NCBI GenBank assembly: GCA_965199715.1
Contig: OZ241322.1
Coordinates: forward strand, 896,001-960,000
Direction of reading: 5' to 3'
Length of the DNA: 64,000 nucleotides
DNA from: Vicinamibacteria bacterium
GTDB lineage: Bacteria; Acidobacteriota; Vicinamibacteria; Marinacidobacterales; Marinacidobacteraceae
The position numbers and the translations under genes were made by a program. Positions 8,688 through 17,784 of this stretch are shown in pieces. The notes under the pieces were generated by a model, which saw only the letters and a program-made list of their open reading frames with translations, was not told the origin of the DNA and searched no databases. Each line of letters opens with the position of its first letter. Within the stretch, counting starts at the first letter, position 1.

Positions 8688-10508
8688 GTGATCCGAGGAA
8701 CCCTGCCGGCCGTCGCGTTCGCCGCGTCGCTCGCCGGCGCGCAGCCGGGGCCGGACCGGATGATCGAGCCGGACGCGCGCCTCGAACTGGGGTCCGCGCT
8801 CGCGCTGCCGCGCACGCTCGACTACGACGTCTCGCCCGACGGCCGGCGGGCGGTGCTGTCGGTCGCGCTGCGCGATCGGGCGCTCCTGTTCCTGACCGCG
8901 CCGGGCGCCGCGCCGGGCCGGCTCACCGACGGCCGCCGCTGGGACACGCAGCCCCGCTTCCTGCCGGACGGGAGCGGCGTGGTGTTCGTGGCCGGGCGGC
9001 GGCCGCGCGGGACGGATCCCGAGACCGGCGCGCTCCACCGGCTCGCGCTCGGGGGCGCGCCGGAGCGGCTCACGCCCGAGGGACTCGAGGCGCGCGATCC
9101 GGCGGTCGCTCCGGACGGCGGGCGGATCGCGTTCCTCGGGCGCGAGGGGGACGGCGGGTTCGACCTGTGGATCGCGGAAGACGGCGAGACCCGCCGTCTG
9201 GCCGAAGACGCGGGGCCGCCGGTCTGGTCTCCCGACGGAACGCGGATCGCCGCGACGATCGGGGGCGCGCTCGCGGTGGTGCCGCTCGACGGTCCGCCGG
9301 TCCTTCTCGGCTCCGGGGCCCGGGGACGGGCGTCGTGGAGCGCCGACGGGAGCGGCCTCGCGTGGGCGGGCCCCCACGAGGGCTTCGAAGCGATTCTCTG
9401 GCGAGACGCCGAGGCGGCGGGGCCGGTCGCGCCGCTGGTCGCAGAGGATCGGGACCTCGGCCAGCCCGCCTTCCGGCCCGGCGGCGGCGAGCTCGCGTGG
9501 ATCGAGGCCGACCGCGGCGACTACCGGATCCAGCGGTCGCGGATCGAGCCGGGGCCGCAACTCGCCGGGCGCGTCCGGACGATGACCCGGGGCGGCGGGG
9601 TCCACGACGGGCTGCGCTGGACCGGCGACGGCGAGGCGGTCACGGCGCTGTACGAATCGGCCGCGTTTCCCCGCGACGTGTGGAAGTTCCCGCGGTCCGG
9701 CGGACGCGAGCGGATGAGCGACACGATCTTCCCCGAGCTGGACGTGCGGTCGTTCTCGCGCCCGGAGCGCGTCGGCGACGCGTTCCTCTACCGCCCGGCG
9801 GCGGAATCCGCGCCGCTGCTCGTCGTGCTCGACGGCGCGGACGGCGTGGAGGCGCGCAACGGGTTCTCGCCGCTCGTCCAACTGTTCGCCGCCGAGGGAT
9901 ACGCGGTGCTCGCGCCGACGCTTCCCGGCGCCCGGGGCCGGGGCGAGCGGTTCGCCGCCGGCAACGACCGGGACTGGGGCGGAGCGGACCTCGACGCGCT
10001 GCGCGCCGCGGTCGCGCTGGCCCGGGAGCAGCCGGGAATCGGCGAGCGGACGTGCGTCTTCGGCGTCCGCTACGGCGGGTTCCTCGCGCTCGCCGCGCTG
10101 GCGCGCCATCCGGACCTGTTCGACTGCGGGATCGAGGCGATGGGCTTCGCCGACCTTCCGGCGCTCTACCGCAGCCTCGAGCCGGAGCGGCAGGCGCTGC
10201 TGGACCGGGAGCTCGGGCCGCTGCGCGGGAACCTCGACCTCTACCGCTCGCTCTCGCTGCGGGGCGAGGGCGCTTCGGTGGAAGCCCCGCTGCTCTCCTT
10301 CCACGGCGAGGAAATGCCGGAAGCGCCGCTCGCCGGCAAGCTGGATTTCCTCGAAGAAGTGCGCCGCCCGCGCTTCCCGCTCGTGGAGCTGTACTTCCGG
10401 TTCGACCTCGGGCGGTCGGTGCTGCGCTTCGAGACCGACCGGAGCGCGCACCACGCGTTCCTCACGCGGGTGCTGGAGTTCCTGTCGCTCCACCTCCCGG
10501 TGGGCTGA
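8688..10508 (+). CDS. S9 prolyl-oligopeptidase-like protein (PD40/TolB propeller plus alpha/beta hydrolase), catalytic triad apparently lost
   Basis: Repeated SPDG motifs; GYAVLAP..PG.RG.G..F....DWGGADL; GVRYGG instead of GxSYGG. Confidence 0.8.
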   Translation: MIRGTLPAVAFAASLAGAQPGPDRMIEPDARLELGSALALPRTLDYDVSPDGRRAVLSVALRDRALLFLTAPGAAPGRLTDGRRWDTQPRFLPDGSGVVFVAGRRPRGTDPETGALHRLALGGAPERLTPEGLEARDPAVAPDGGRIAFLGREGDGGFDLWIAEDGETRRLAEDAGPPVWSPDGTRIAATIGGALAVVPLDGPPVLLGSGARGRASWSADGSGLAWAGPHEGFEAILWRDAEAAGPVAPLVAEDRDLGQPAFRPGGGELAWIEADRGDYRIQRSRIEPGPQLAGRVRTMTRGGGVHDGLRWTGDGEAVTALYESAAFPRDVWKFPRSGGRERMSDTIFPELDVRSFSRPERVGDAFLYRPAAESAPLLVVLDGADGVEARNGFSPLVQLFAAEGYAVLAPTLPGARGRGERFAAGNDRDWGGADLDALRAAVALAREQPGIGERTCVFGVRYGGFLALAALARHPDLFDCGIEAMGFADLPALYRSLEPERQALLDRELGPLRGNLDLYRSLSLRGEGASVEAPLLSFHGEEMPEAPLAGKLDFLEEVRRPRFPLVELYFRFDLGRSVLRFETDRSAHHAFLTRVLEFLSLHLPVG

Positions 10509-10514
10509 ACCCTC

Positions 10515-11408
10515 TCAGGCCGGGATCTGGTTCGCGGCGTGGTACGAGCTGCGGACCAGCGGCCCGGCCTCGACGTGCCGAAGGCCGAAAGCGCGTCCGC
10601 GCTCGGCGAGCGCGTCGAACTCGGCGGGCGGCACGAAGCGCTCGACCGGGAGGTGCTTCCGGGTCGGCTGGAGGTACTGCCCCGCGGTCAGGACGTCCAC
10701 CCGGCGCTCGACGAGGTCGCGCATCAGCGCGTCCAGCTCCGCTTCGGTCTCGCCGAGGCCCAGCATCACGCCGGTCTTGGTGAGGACTTCGGGCGAGAGG
10801 CGCTTGGCCCGCTCCAGCAGATCCAGCGAACGCCCGTAGCGGGCGCCCGGGCGCACCCGGCGGTAGAGGCGGGGCACCGTCTCGAGGTTGTGGTTCAGGA
10901 TCTCCGGGGCCTCGTCCATGATCGCGTCGAGGGACTCGTCGCGGCCCTGGAAGTCGGGGATGAGCACCTCGATCGTGGTGTCCGGGCACCGTTCGCGCAC
11001 GGCTCGGATCGTTGCGGCGAAGACCCCCGCGCCGCCGTCCTCGAGGTCGTCCCGGTTCACCGAGGTGATGACGGTGTGCCGCAGGTTCATGATCCCGGCG
11101 GCGCGGGCCACCCGCTCCGGCTCGGCCCGGTCGAGTCCGCCCGGCAGGCCGGTGGCGACCGCGCAGAAGCCGCAGGCGCGGGTGCAGACGTCGCCGAGGA
11201 TCATGAACGTCGCGGTCCCCTGCCCCCAGCACTCGGCCATGTTGGGGCAGCGGGCCTCCTCGCAGACGGTGTGGAGGTCGTTCTCGCGCAGCAGGCGGCG
11301 CAGCCCGGACCACGTTCCGCCCGAAGGGAGCCGGACCCGGAGCCAGTCGGGACGGCGCTCCATGGGCGCCGGGTCGGCCGCGACGACCGGGAGCGGGATC
11401 GCGCTCAA
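10515..11408 (-). CDS. lipA: Lipoyl synthase
   Basis: CEEARCPNMAEC, CTRACGFC, RSSY motifs. Confidence 0.97.
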   Translation of the reverse strand: MSAIPLPVVAADPAPMERRPDWLRVRLPSGGTWSGLRRLLRENDLHTVCEEARCPNMAECWGQGTATFMILGDVCTRACGFCAVATGLPGGLDRAEPERVARAAGIMNLRHTVITSVNRDDLEDGGAGVFAATIRAVRERCPDTTIEVLIPDFQGRDESLDAIMDEAPEILNHNLETVPRLYRRVRPGARYGRSLDLLERAKRLSPEVLTKTGVMLGLGETEAELDALMRDLVERRVDVLTAGQYLQPTRKHLPVERFVPPAEFDALAERGRAFGLRHVEAGPLVRSSYHAANQIPA

Positions 11409-13597
11409 GAAACGCCCACCGGCCAGCTCTCCAGACGAGCCTTGACGCGGCTCATGAACTGGTCGGCGACCGCGCCGTCGATGAGGCGGTGGTCGAACGA
11501 CAGCGCGAGGAACGCCATGGACCGGACCGCGATCGCGTCCGATTCGACGACCACGGGCCGCTTGTGCACCCCGCCCACGCCGAGGATGGCGACTTGCGGC
11601 TGGGCGATGATCGGGGTGCCGAAGAGCGCTCCCAGCGGGCCGGGGTTCGTGATCGTGAAGGTGCCGCCCTCGAGGTCGGACGACTCGATCGCGCCCGCCC
11701 GCGCCTTGTCGGCGATCTCGCCGATCCCCCGCGCCGTGCCGACGAAGTTGCGCTCGTCGGCGCCGCGCAGCACCGGCACCACGAGGCCATCGGGAAGCGC
11801 CACCGCGATTCCGAGGTGGACCGAGGGGTGGCGCACGACGCGGTCGTCCGCGATCGAGGCGTTCAGGATCGGGAACTCGGCGAGCGCCTCCACCGCCGCG
11901 GACGCGAAGTAGGGCGTCAGCGTCAGCTTGAGGCCGTGACGCTCGGCGAACTCGGCGCGATGGGCCTCGCGGTGCGCGGCTGCCCGGGTCATGTCCACCT
12001 CGAAGACGGTCGTCACGTGCGCCGAGGTCCGCCGCGAGCGGACCATGTGCTCGGCGATGGCGCGGCGCATCGGCGTCAGCGGTTCGCCGCGGCCGCCTTC
12101 CACCGGTTGCGGCGCCGGGGGCGGCTCGGGCGCCGGGGGCGGCTCGGGCGACGGAGCGGGAACCGGAGCCGGCGCGGCCTCCACGAATTCCAGGATGTCC
12201 TGCTTGGTCACCCGGCCGCCCTCGCCCGAACCGCCGACGTCGGCGAGGTTCACGCCGTGCTCGCGGGCGATGCGGCGGACCAGCGGCGAGCTGCGCGGGC
12301 GCTTCGGCGGGGCCTCCGGCTCGGCGGGAGTCTCCTCGGCGGCGGCGGCGGCGACGGACTCGCCCTCGGCGGCGATCCGCCCCACGACGGTGTTCACCTC
12401 GACCGTCTCACCCTCGGGCACGAGGATCTCGACGAGCCGTCCCGACGCCGCGGCCGGAACCTCGGTGTCCACCTTGTCGGTGGCGATGTCGAACAGCGGG
12501 TCGTCGCGGCGGACCTCGTCGCCGACCGCGACCCGCCACTTGAGGATGGTCCCCTCGGTGATGCTCTCGCCCATCTGGGGCATGATCACGTCCGAAGGCA
12601 CCGCGGAATTGTAGCCGGAGCGGGGGCGCGGCCGGCTCGGGGTTCCGGTCGCGGCGGCGACGACCCGGGCGACCGACGGCAGGTGCGCGGCCTCCAGTTC
12701 GGCGGCGTAGGGAACCGGCGCGTCCGTCGCGGCCACCCGCCGGATCGGCCAGCCGCGCTCGGCGACCTCGGCGGCGATCTCGCCCCCGAAACCCCCGGTC
12801 CGGTTGGCCTCGTGCACCACGACCAGCCGTCCGGTGCGTTCGACCGAGTCGAGGATCGCGGGAAGATCCAGCGGGACGAGGGTCCGCAGATCCAGCACGT
12901 CGGCCTCGACGCCCGCCGCAGCCAGTTCGCGCGCGGCGGCCTCGACCAGCGGCGCCGCGCCGCCCCAGGCCGCGAGCGTGACGTCGGTCCCGGTCCGGAC
13001 GCGCCGCGCCGCCCCGAGCGGGACGACTTCGGGAGCGGCCTCCCACTCGGCTTCGGGAATCCGCAGGCCCCGGTAGAAGCGCTTGTGCTCGAGGAAGAGG
13101 ACCGGATCCTCGTCGCGGATCGCGGCGCGCAACAGCCCGGCGGCGTCCGCGACCGTCGCCGGCGCGACGACCTTGAGGCCGGGCGTATGGGCGAAGTACG
13201 CCTCCGGGTTCGCCGAGTGGAAGGGGCCCGCCCCGACCCCCGCCCCCGCCGGCCCCCGCAGCACCATCGGGACGGCGGCGCCGGTCCGATAGCGCTGCTT
13301 CGCCGCGAAGTTCGTGATGATGTTGAAGGCGCTCGCGGCGAAGTCGATGAACTGGAACTCGACCACCGGCCGGAATCCCTCGAGCGCGAGCCCGACCGCC
13401 ATCCCGGCGAACCCCTCCTCGCTGACAGGCGTGTCCATGACCCGCGCCGGGCCGAAGCGGTCGAGGAATCCCTCGGTCAAGCGGAACGCGCCGCCGTACG
13501 CGCCGACGTCCTCGCCGAGGAGCAGCACGCTCTCGTCGCCGTCCATCTCGGACCCCAGCGCCCGCCGGATGGCCTCGAGGTAGGTGACGTCAGCCAT
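11405..13597 (-). CDS. In-frame fusion of 2-oxoacid dehydrogenase E1 beta subunit and E2 dihydrolipoamide acyltransferase
   Basis: N-half: GEDVGAYGG, DTPVSE, EFQF.DF, FHS, DLRTL.PLD (E1 beta). C-half: MPQMGESITEG, TDKVDTE (lipoyl Lys), SSPLVRRIA (PSBD), DHRLIDG. No stop codon between the halves. Confidence 0.88.
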   Translation of the reverse strand: MADVTYLEAIRRALGSEMDGDESVLLLGEDVGAYGGAFRLTEGFLDRFGPARVMDTPVSEEGFAGMAVGLALEGFRPVVEFQFIDFAASAFNIITNFAAKQRYRTGAAVPMVLRGPAGAGVGAGPFHSANPEAYFAHTPGLKVVAPATVADAAGLLRAAIRDEDPVLFLEHKRFYRGLRIPEAEWEAAPEVVPLGAARRVRTGTDVTLAAWGGAAPLVEAAARELAAAGVEADVLDLRTLVPLDLPAILDSVERTGRLVVVHEANRTGGFGGEIAAEVAERGWPIRRVAATDAPVPYAAELEAAHLPSVARVVAAATGTPSRPRPRSGYNSAVPSDVIMPQMGESITEGTILKWRVAVGDEVRRDDPLFDIATDKVDTEVPAAASGRLVEILVPEGETVEVNTVVGRIAAEGESVAAAAAEETPAEPEAPPKRPRSSPLVRRIAREHGVNLADVGGSGEGGRVTKQDILEFVEAAPAPVPAPSPEPPPAPEPPPAPQPVEGGRGEPLTPMRRAIAEHMVRSRRTSAHVTTVFEVDMTRAAAHREAHRAEFAERHGLKLTLTPYFASAAVEALAEFPILNASIADDRVVRHPSVHLGIAVALPDGLVVPVLRGADERNFVGTARGIGEIADKARAGAIESSDLEGGTFTITNPGPLGALFGTPIIAQPQVAILGVGGVHKRPVVVESDAIAVRSMAFLALSFDHRLIDGAVADQFMSRVKARLESWPVGVS
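12599..12613 (-). promoter_or_regulatory. Candidate internal -10 box TACAAT, 6 nt upstream of an in-frame GTG that would start standalone E2
   Basis: Minus strand reads TACAAT-TCCGCG-GTG-CCT-TCG-GAC (12613 to 12590); same spacing as at other genes in the window. Confidence 0.55.
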
Positions 13598-14228
13598 CGC
13601 GCAGGCTCCGGTCGAAGACTTCCGCGAAGCGTTCGGCGAACCGGTCCGCGAAGGCGTCCAGCGGGGTCGGGGCGCCCAGTTCGGCCTCCAGCGAGGTGAC
13701 CCGGCACGCCTCGAGGCCGCACGGGACGATCCGGTCGAACCAGCCGAGGTCGCAACCCACGTTGACCGCCACGCCGTGGCTCGTCACCCAGCGGGCCACC
13801 CGGACGCCGATCGCGGCCAGCTTGCGGTCGCCGCACCAGACCCCGGTGAGCCCCGGGCGCCGTCCGGCCTCCACCCGGTACCCGGCGAGCGAGCGGATCA
13901 CGACTTCCTCGAGGGCCCGCAGGTACGCGCGGACGTCCCGCCGCCAGCCGCGCAGGTCCAGAATTGGATACGCCACCAACTGGCCGGGGCCGTGGAAGGT
14001 CACGTCGCCGCCCCGGTCCGTCTCCACGACCTCGGCGTCGTCCGACCGGCGCAGCACGTGACGCGGATCGGCGCCGGTCCCGAGCGTGTACACCGGAGGG
14101 TGCTCGACGAGCAGCAGCACGTCGGGGATCTCGCCCCGCTGCCTTCGGGCGACGAGGCCGCGCTGGACGGCGAGCCCTTCCCGATAGGGCAGCGGCCGGC
14201 GGTCGAGGCGCCGCAGCCGCGGGGTCAC
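13590..14228 (-). CDS. lipB: Lipoyl(octanoyl) transferase LipB
   Basis: LLVEHPPVYTLG, DRGGDVTFHGPGQ, KLAAIG, HGVAVN, IVPCGL; GTG start overlaps the murA stop. Confidence 0.95.
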   Translation of the reverse strand: MTPRLRRLDRRPLPYREGLAVQRGLVARRQRGEIPDVLLLVEHPPVYTLGTGADPRHVLRRSDDAEVVETDRGGDVTFHGPGQLVAYPILDLRGWRRDVRAYLRALEEVVIRSLAGYRVEAGRRPGLTGVWCGDRKLAAIGVRVARWVTSHGVAVNVGCDLGWFDRIVPCGLEACRVTSLEAELGAPTPLDAFADRFAERFAEVFDRSLRDG

Positions 14229-15472
14229 GCGGCGACCTCGACCGCGGCGCCGAGCGCGGCGAGCTTCCGCGGAAGGTCGGCGTAGCCGCGCTCCACCGTC
14301 TCGAACGGCTCGATCCGGCTCGCTCCCGAAGCGGCGAGCGCCGCCGCCACGAGCGCCATGCCCGAACGGATGTCGCGCGCGTCGAGCCGGGTTCCGCGCA
14401 GCGCCGCCGGGCCGTTCACGATCATGCGGTGAGGGTCGCACACGAAGAGATCGGCCCCCATCGCCCGCAATTGCTCGAGCGCGAAGAGGCGCAGCTCGTA
14501 CATCCAGTCGTGCAGGAGCGTGGCCCCCGAGGCCCGGGTCGCGAGCACCGTGACGAGGCTCACCATGTCGGTCGGAAAGCCCGGCCACGGCGCGGTCACC
14601 ACCCGGCGCAGCCCCCGCAACCGACCGGGCGCCGCGAGGATGCGGTCGCTCTCGACCGAGAGCTCCATCCCCATGCGTCCCAGCACGTTCGCGATGGGTT
14701 CGAAGTCGAGCGGCCGCGCCCCGCGGATCTCGAGCGCCCCGCCGGCGACCCCGGCGAGCACGGCCCAGCTTCCCGCTTCCACCATGTCGCCGGCGAGCCG
14801 CCAGCGGGCGCCGCGCGGCCGGGCCTGGCCGGCGATCCGGATCGTGGGGGTCCCCGCGCCCCGGATCTCCACCCCCATCCGGGCGAGAAAGCCGCACAGC
14901 TCGACGACGTGCGGCTCGCAGGCGGCGTTGCGGATCTCGGACTCGCCCGACGCGCCGGCCGCCGCGAGCACGGCGGTCTCGGTCCCGGTCACCGAGGCTT
15001 CCTTCAGGTAGAACGAGGCCCCGCGCAGCCCGCCCGGCGCCTCGAGCGTCCGCCCGTCGCGCGCCGCGCCGAGCGCCTCGAGCGCAGCGAGGTGCACGTC
15101 CATCGCGCGCCGCGCCGGAAAGTCGCCCCCGGGGTCGGGCAGGACGACGCGCCCGCGCCGGGCGAGGATCGGCGCGACCAGCAGCAGCGACCCGCGCAGG
15201 CGCCCCGCCAGCGCCGGGTCGGGGCGCTCCCCGAGCGGATCCCCGGCCCGCACCCGGACCGTCGCCGTCCCGAGCCCCTCGACCTCGGCCCCGAGTTCCC
15301 GCACCATGGCGGCGAGCGCCTCGGCGTCCCGGATCGCCGGCATGTTCTCCAGTTCGCACCGCTCGCCCGTGAGCAGGCAGGCGGCGAGCAGCGGGAGCGC
15401 GGCGTTCTTGTTGCCGGCCACGGCGACCGTCCCCTCGAGGGGGCGGCCGCCCTCGACGAGGAGCGCGGTCAC
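14225..15472 (-). CDS. murA: UDP-N-acetylglucosamine 1-carboxyvinyltransferase (Cys-to-Asp type)
   Basis: GNKNAALP, PGGDFPARR, SVTGTE, NAACEPHV, PWPGFPTD, DIRSG, ERGY. Confidence 0.95.
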   Translation of the reverse strand: MTALLVEGGRPLEGTVAVAGNKNAALPLLAACLLTGERCELENMPAIRDAEALAAMVRELGAEVEGLGTATVRVRAGDPLGERPDPALAGRLRGSLLLVAPILARRGRVVLPDPGGDFPARRAMDVHLAALEALGAARDGRTLEAPGGLRGASFYLKEASVTGTETAVLAAAGASGESEIRNAACEPHVVELCGFLARMGVEIRGAGTPTIRIAGQARPRGARWRLAGDMVEAGSWAVLAGVAGGALEIRGARPLDFEPIANVLGRMGMELSVESDRILAAPGRLRGLRRVVTAPWPGFPTDMVSLVTVLATRASGATLLHDWMYELRLFALEQLRAMGADLFVCDPHRMIVNGPAALRGTRLDARDIRSGMALVAAALAASGASRIEPFETVERGYADLPRKLAALGAAVEVAA

Positions 15473-16275
15473 CGGGAGACGTCCCCGATCTCGACGATCT
15501 CGGGTTCGAGGCGCACGTCGAACCGCGCCTCCACCGCGTCCCGGCAGCGGCCCAGAAGCTCCCGGTAGTCCGCAGCCCGCGCGCCCGGCCCGGCGACGAG
15601 GAAGTTCGCGTGGACCTCGGACACCCGCACCCCGCCGACCGACCGGCCCTTCATCCCGGCCCGGTCGAGGAGCGCCCCCGCGCCGGCCGGGAGGCCGTCG
15701 GGAACGAACGCGGGATTGCGGAACGCGCAGCCGACGCTCGGGACCTGGAGCGGCTGGGTGCGCTTGCGGAACGCGAGCGACTCCCGGGCGCGCGCCCGCA
15801 GGTCCGCCGGATCTCCCGGCCGCACCCGGAAGTCCGCCGAAAGCACCGCGCCGGCTTCGGCGCGGCGGACCGAGAGCAGCGTCTCGGAGATCTCGCGCCC
15901 GCCGAAATGGGCGTTTCCGACCACCGCGCCCCCGACGGTCCCGGGCGTGCCCGCCCACGCCTCGAGACCGCCGAGGCCGCGCTGGATCGTCCACCGGATG
16001 AGGCCGTTGAGGGTCATTCCCGCGCTGGCCCGGATCCGGCCCGGCCCGACCTCGCGGGCGCTTCCCCGGGCGAAGCGGACCACGAGGCCGCGGACCCCCC
16101 GGTCGGAGATCAGCACGTTGGACCCGCCGCCGAGGACAGTCACCGGAAGGTCCTCGCGGCGCGCGAAGGCGAGCGCGTCGAGCAGGGCCGCCTCGGTGCG
16201 GACGTCGGCGAACCAGTCGGCCGGCCCGCCCACGCCGAGGCTCGCGAGCGGCGCGAGGAGGTGGTTCCGGAGCAC
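15469..16275 (-). CDS. murB: UDP-N-acetylmuramate dehydrogenase, internally shortened
   Basis: GGPAD, LGGGSNVL, GLE..AG.PGTVGGA, TQP...PSVGC.FRNP, SEVHANF, LEPE; only 268 aa. Confidence 0.88.
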   Translation of the reverse strand: MLRNHLLAPLASLGVGGPADWFADVRTEAALLDALAFARREDLPVTVLGGGSNVLISDRGVRGLVVRFARGSAREVGPGRIRASAGMTLNGLIRWTIQRGLGGLEAWAGTPGTVGGAVVGNAHFGGREISETLLSVRRAEAGAVLSADFRVRPGDPADLRARARESLAFRKRTQPLQVPSVGCAFRNPAFVPDGLPAGAGALLDRAGMKGRSVGGVRVSEVHANFLVAGPGARAADYRELLGRCRDAVEARFDVRLEPEIVEIGDVSR

Positions 16276-16287
16276 TCCGGCGCGCCG

Positions 16288-17691
16288 TCAGGCGTGAAGC
16301 GGCTGGCCGAGCGCGGCGAGCGCCGCCTCGGCGAGCGCCTCGGAGAGCGTCGGGTGCGGGTGGATGCTGCGGGCGAGGGACTCGAGCGTGGCCTCGTGCT
16401 CCAGCGCGACCACCGCCTCGGCGATGAGGTCGGTCGCGTGCGGCCCCACGATGTGGACCCCGAGAATCTCGCCGTACCGCGCCTCGGCCACGACCTTCAC
16501 GAAGCCGGTCAGGTCGCCGAGGATGTTGGCCTTGCCGTTCGCGGCGAACGGGGACTTCCCCACGCGGAGCTCGTGGCCGGCCTCCCGGGCGGCGGCCTCG
16601 GTCAGCCCGACCGACCCCACCTCGGGGAAGCTGTAGGTGGCCGCCGGGACCCGCTCCCGCGCGATCGGCGGCCCGTCTTCGCCGGCGATGGCGCGGACGG
16701 CGGCCTCGGCCTCGGCGGACGCCAGGTGCGCGAGCTGGGCGGTCCCGACCACGTCCCCGATCGCGAACACGCCCGCGGCGGAGGTCCGCCCGAACCCGTC
16801 CACCGGAACGAAGCCGCCCCGGTCGGGAGCGATCCCGACGGAGTCGAGTCCGACGTCCTCGGTCCGGGGCGCGCGCCCGACCGCGACGAGCAGCCGGTCG
16901 TACCGGGACGAGCGGAGCTCGCCGCCGGCCGGACGCCAGCCCACCTCGACCCCGTCCCCGGCGACGGTCGCCGACTCGACCCGCGCCCCGGCGTGGAATC
17001 CGATCTTCTGCTTGCGCAACGCCTTGCCGACGACTTCGGAGACCTCCTCGTCCTCGAGCGGCAGCGCCCGGGGCAGGACCTCGAAGAGATCCACCTCGCT
17101 GCCGTAGGCGCGGAACATGGACGCGAACTCGGTCCCCACCGCCCCGGCGCCGATGATCCCGAGCCGCGCCGGACGCTCCGGCAGGCGGAACATCTCGGCG
17201 TTGGTCACGAGCCGCTCGCCGTCGATGGGAAGGAACGGGAGCGTCCGCGCCGTGGAGCCGGTGGCGAGGACGACGTGCCGGGCGGCGAGCTCCCGGACGC
17301 CGTCGGACGCGGTCACCGACACGCGCCCGGGCCCGGCGAGGCGGCCGTGTCCGGCGAACGGGACGACGCCGCCGCGCCGGAACAGCAGGTCGATCCCCCC
17401 GGCCATCTTGCGGATCACGCGGTCGGCGCGGCGGCGCAGCGCATCCCAGTCGAGCTTCGGCTCGCCGGCGTCGACGCCGTGCGCCTTCCCCTCGCGGATC
17501 GCCAGCATGAGCGCGGCGGTGTGGAGATACGCCTTGCTCGGGATGCAGCCGACGTGGAGGCAGGTGCCCCCGAAACGGCGGTCCCTTTCGACCACGGCGG
17601 TCCGAAGGCCCCGCGCCGCCGCCTTGATCGCCGCGACGTAGCCGCCCGGCCCGCTGCCGATGACGACGACGTCGAAGGACGAATCGGGCAT
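16288..17691 (-). CDS. lpdA: Dihydrolipoyl dehydrogenase (E3)
   Basis: GSGPGGY, GGTCLHVGCIPSK, HPHPTLSE. Confidence 0.96.
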   Translation of the reverse strand: MPDSSFDVVVIGSGPGGYVAAIKAAARGLRTAVVERDRRFGGTCLHVGCIPSKAYLHTAALMLAIREGKAHGVDAGEPKLDWDALRRRADRVIRKMAGGIDLLFRRGGVVPFAGHGRLAGPGRVSVTASDGVRELAARHVVLATGSTARTLPFLPIDGERLVTNAEMFRLPERPARLGIIGAGAVGTEFASMFRAYGSEVDLFEVLPRALPLEDEEVSEVVGKALRKQKIGFHAGARVESATVAGDGVEVGWRPAGGELRSSRYDRLLVAVGRAPRTEDVGLDSVGIAPDRGGFVPVDGFGRTSAAGVFAIGDVVGTAQLAHLASAEAEAAVRAIAGEDGPPIARERVPAATYSFPEVGSVGLTEAAAREAGHELRVGKSPFAANGKANILGDLTGFVKVVAEARYGEILGVHIVGPHATDLIAEAVVALEHEATLESLARSIHPHPTLSEALAEAALAALGQPLHA

Positions 17692-17784
17692 GGCGGGAGC
17701 GGGATGGTACGCCGCCGGCGCGTTCGCGGCCTATGTTAGGATAGCAGCGCCTGATTTCTGACCGGAGCCGGGGGGAGAACTGCG

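Noticed and set aside
6635-10783. Very long alternative-frame ORFs (for example 1382 aa here, also 26716-30165 and 52355-55159)
   Set aside because: Shadow ORFs caused by stop-codon scarcity at high GC; Arg/Ala/Pro-rich and overlapping recognisable genes.
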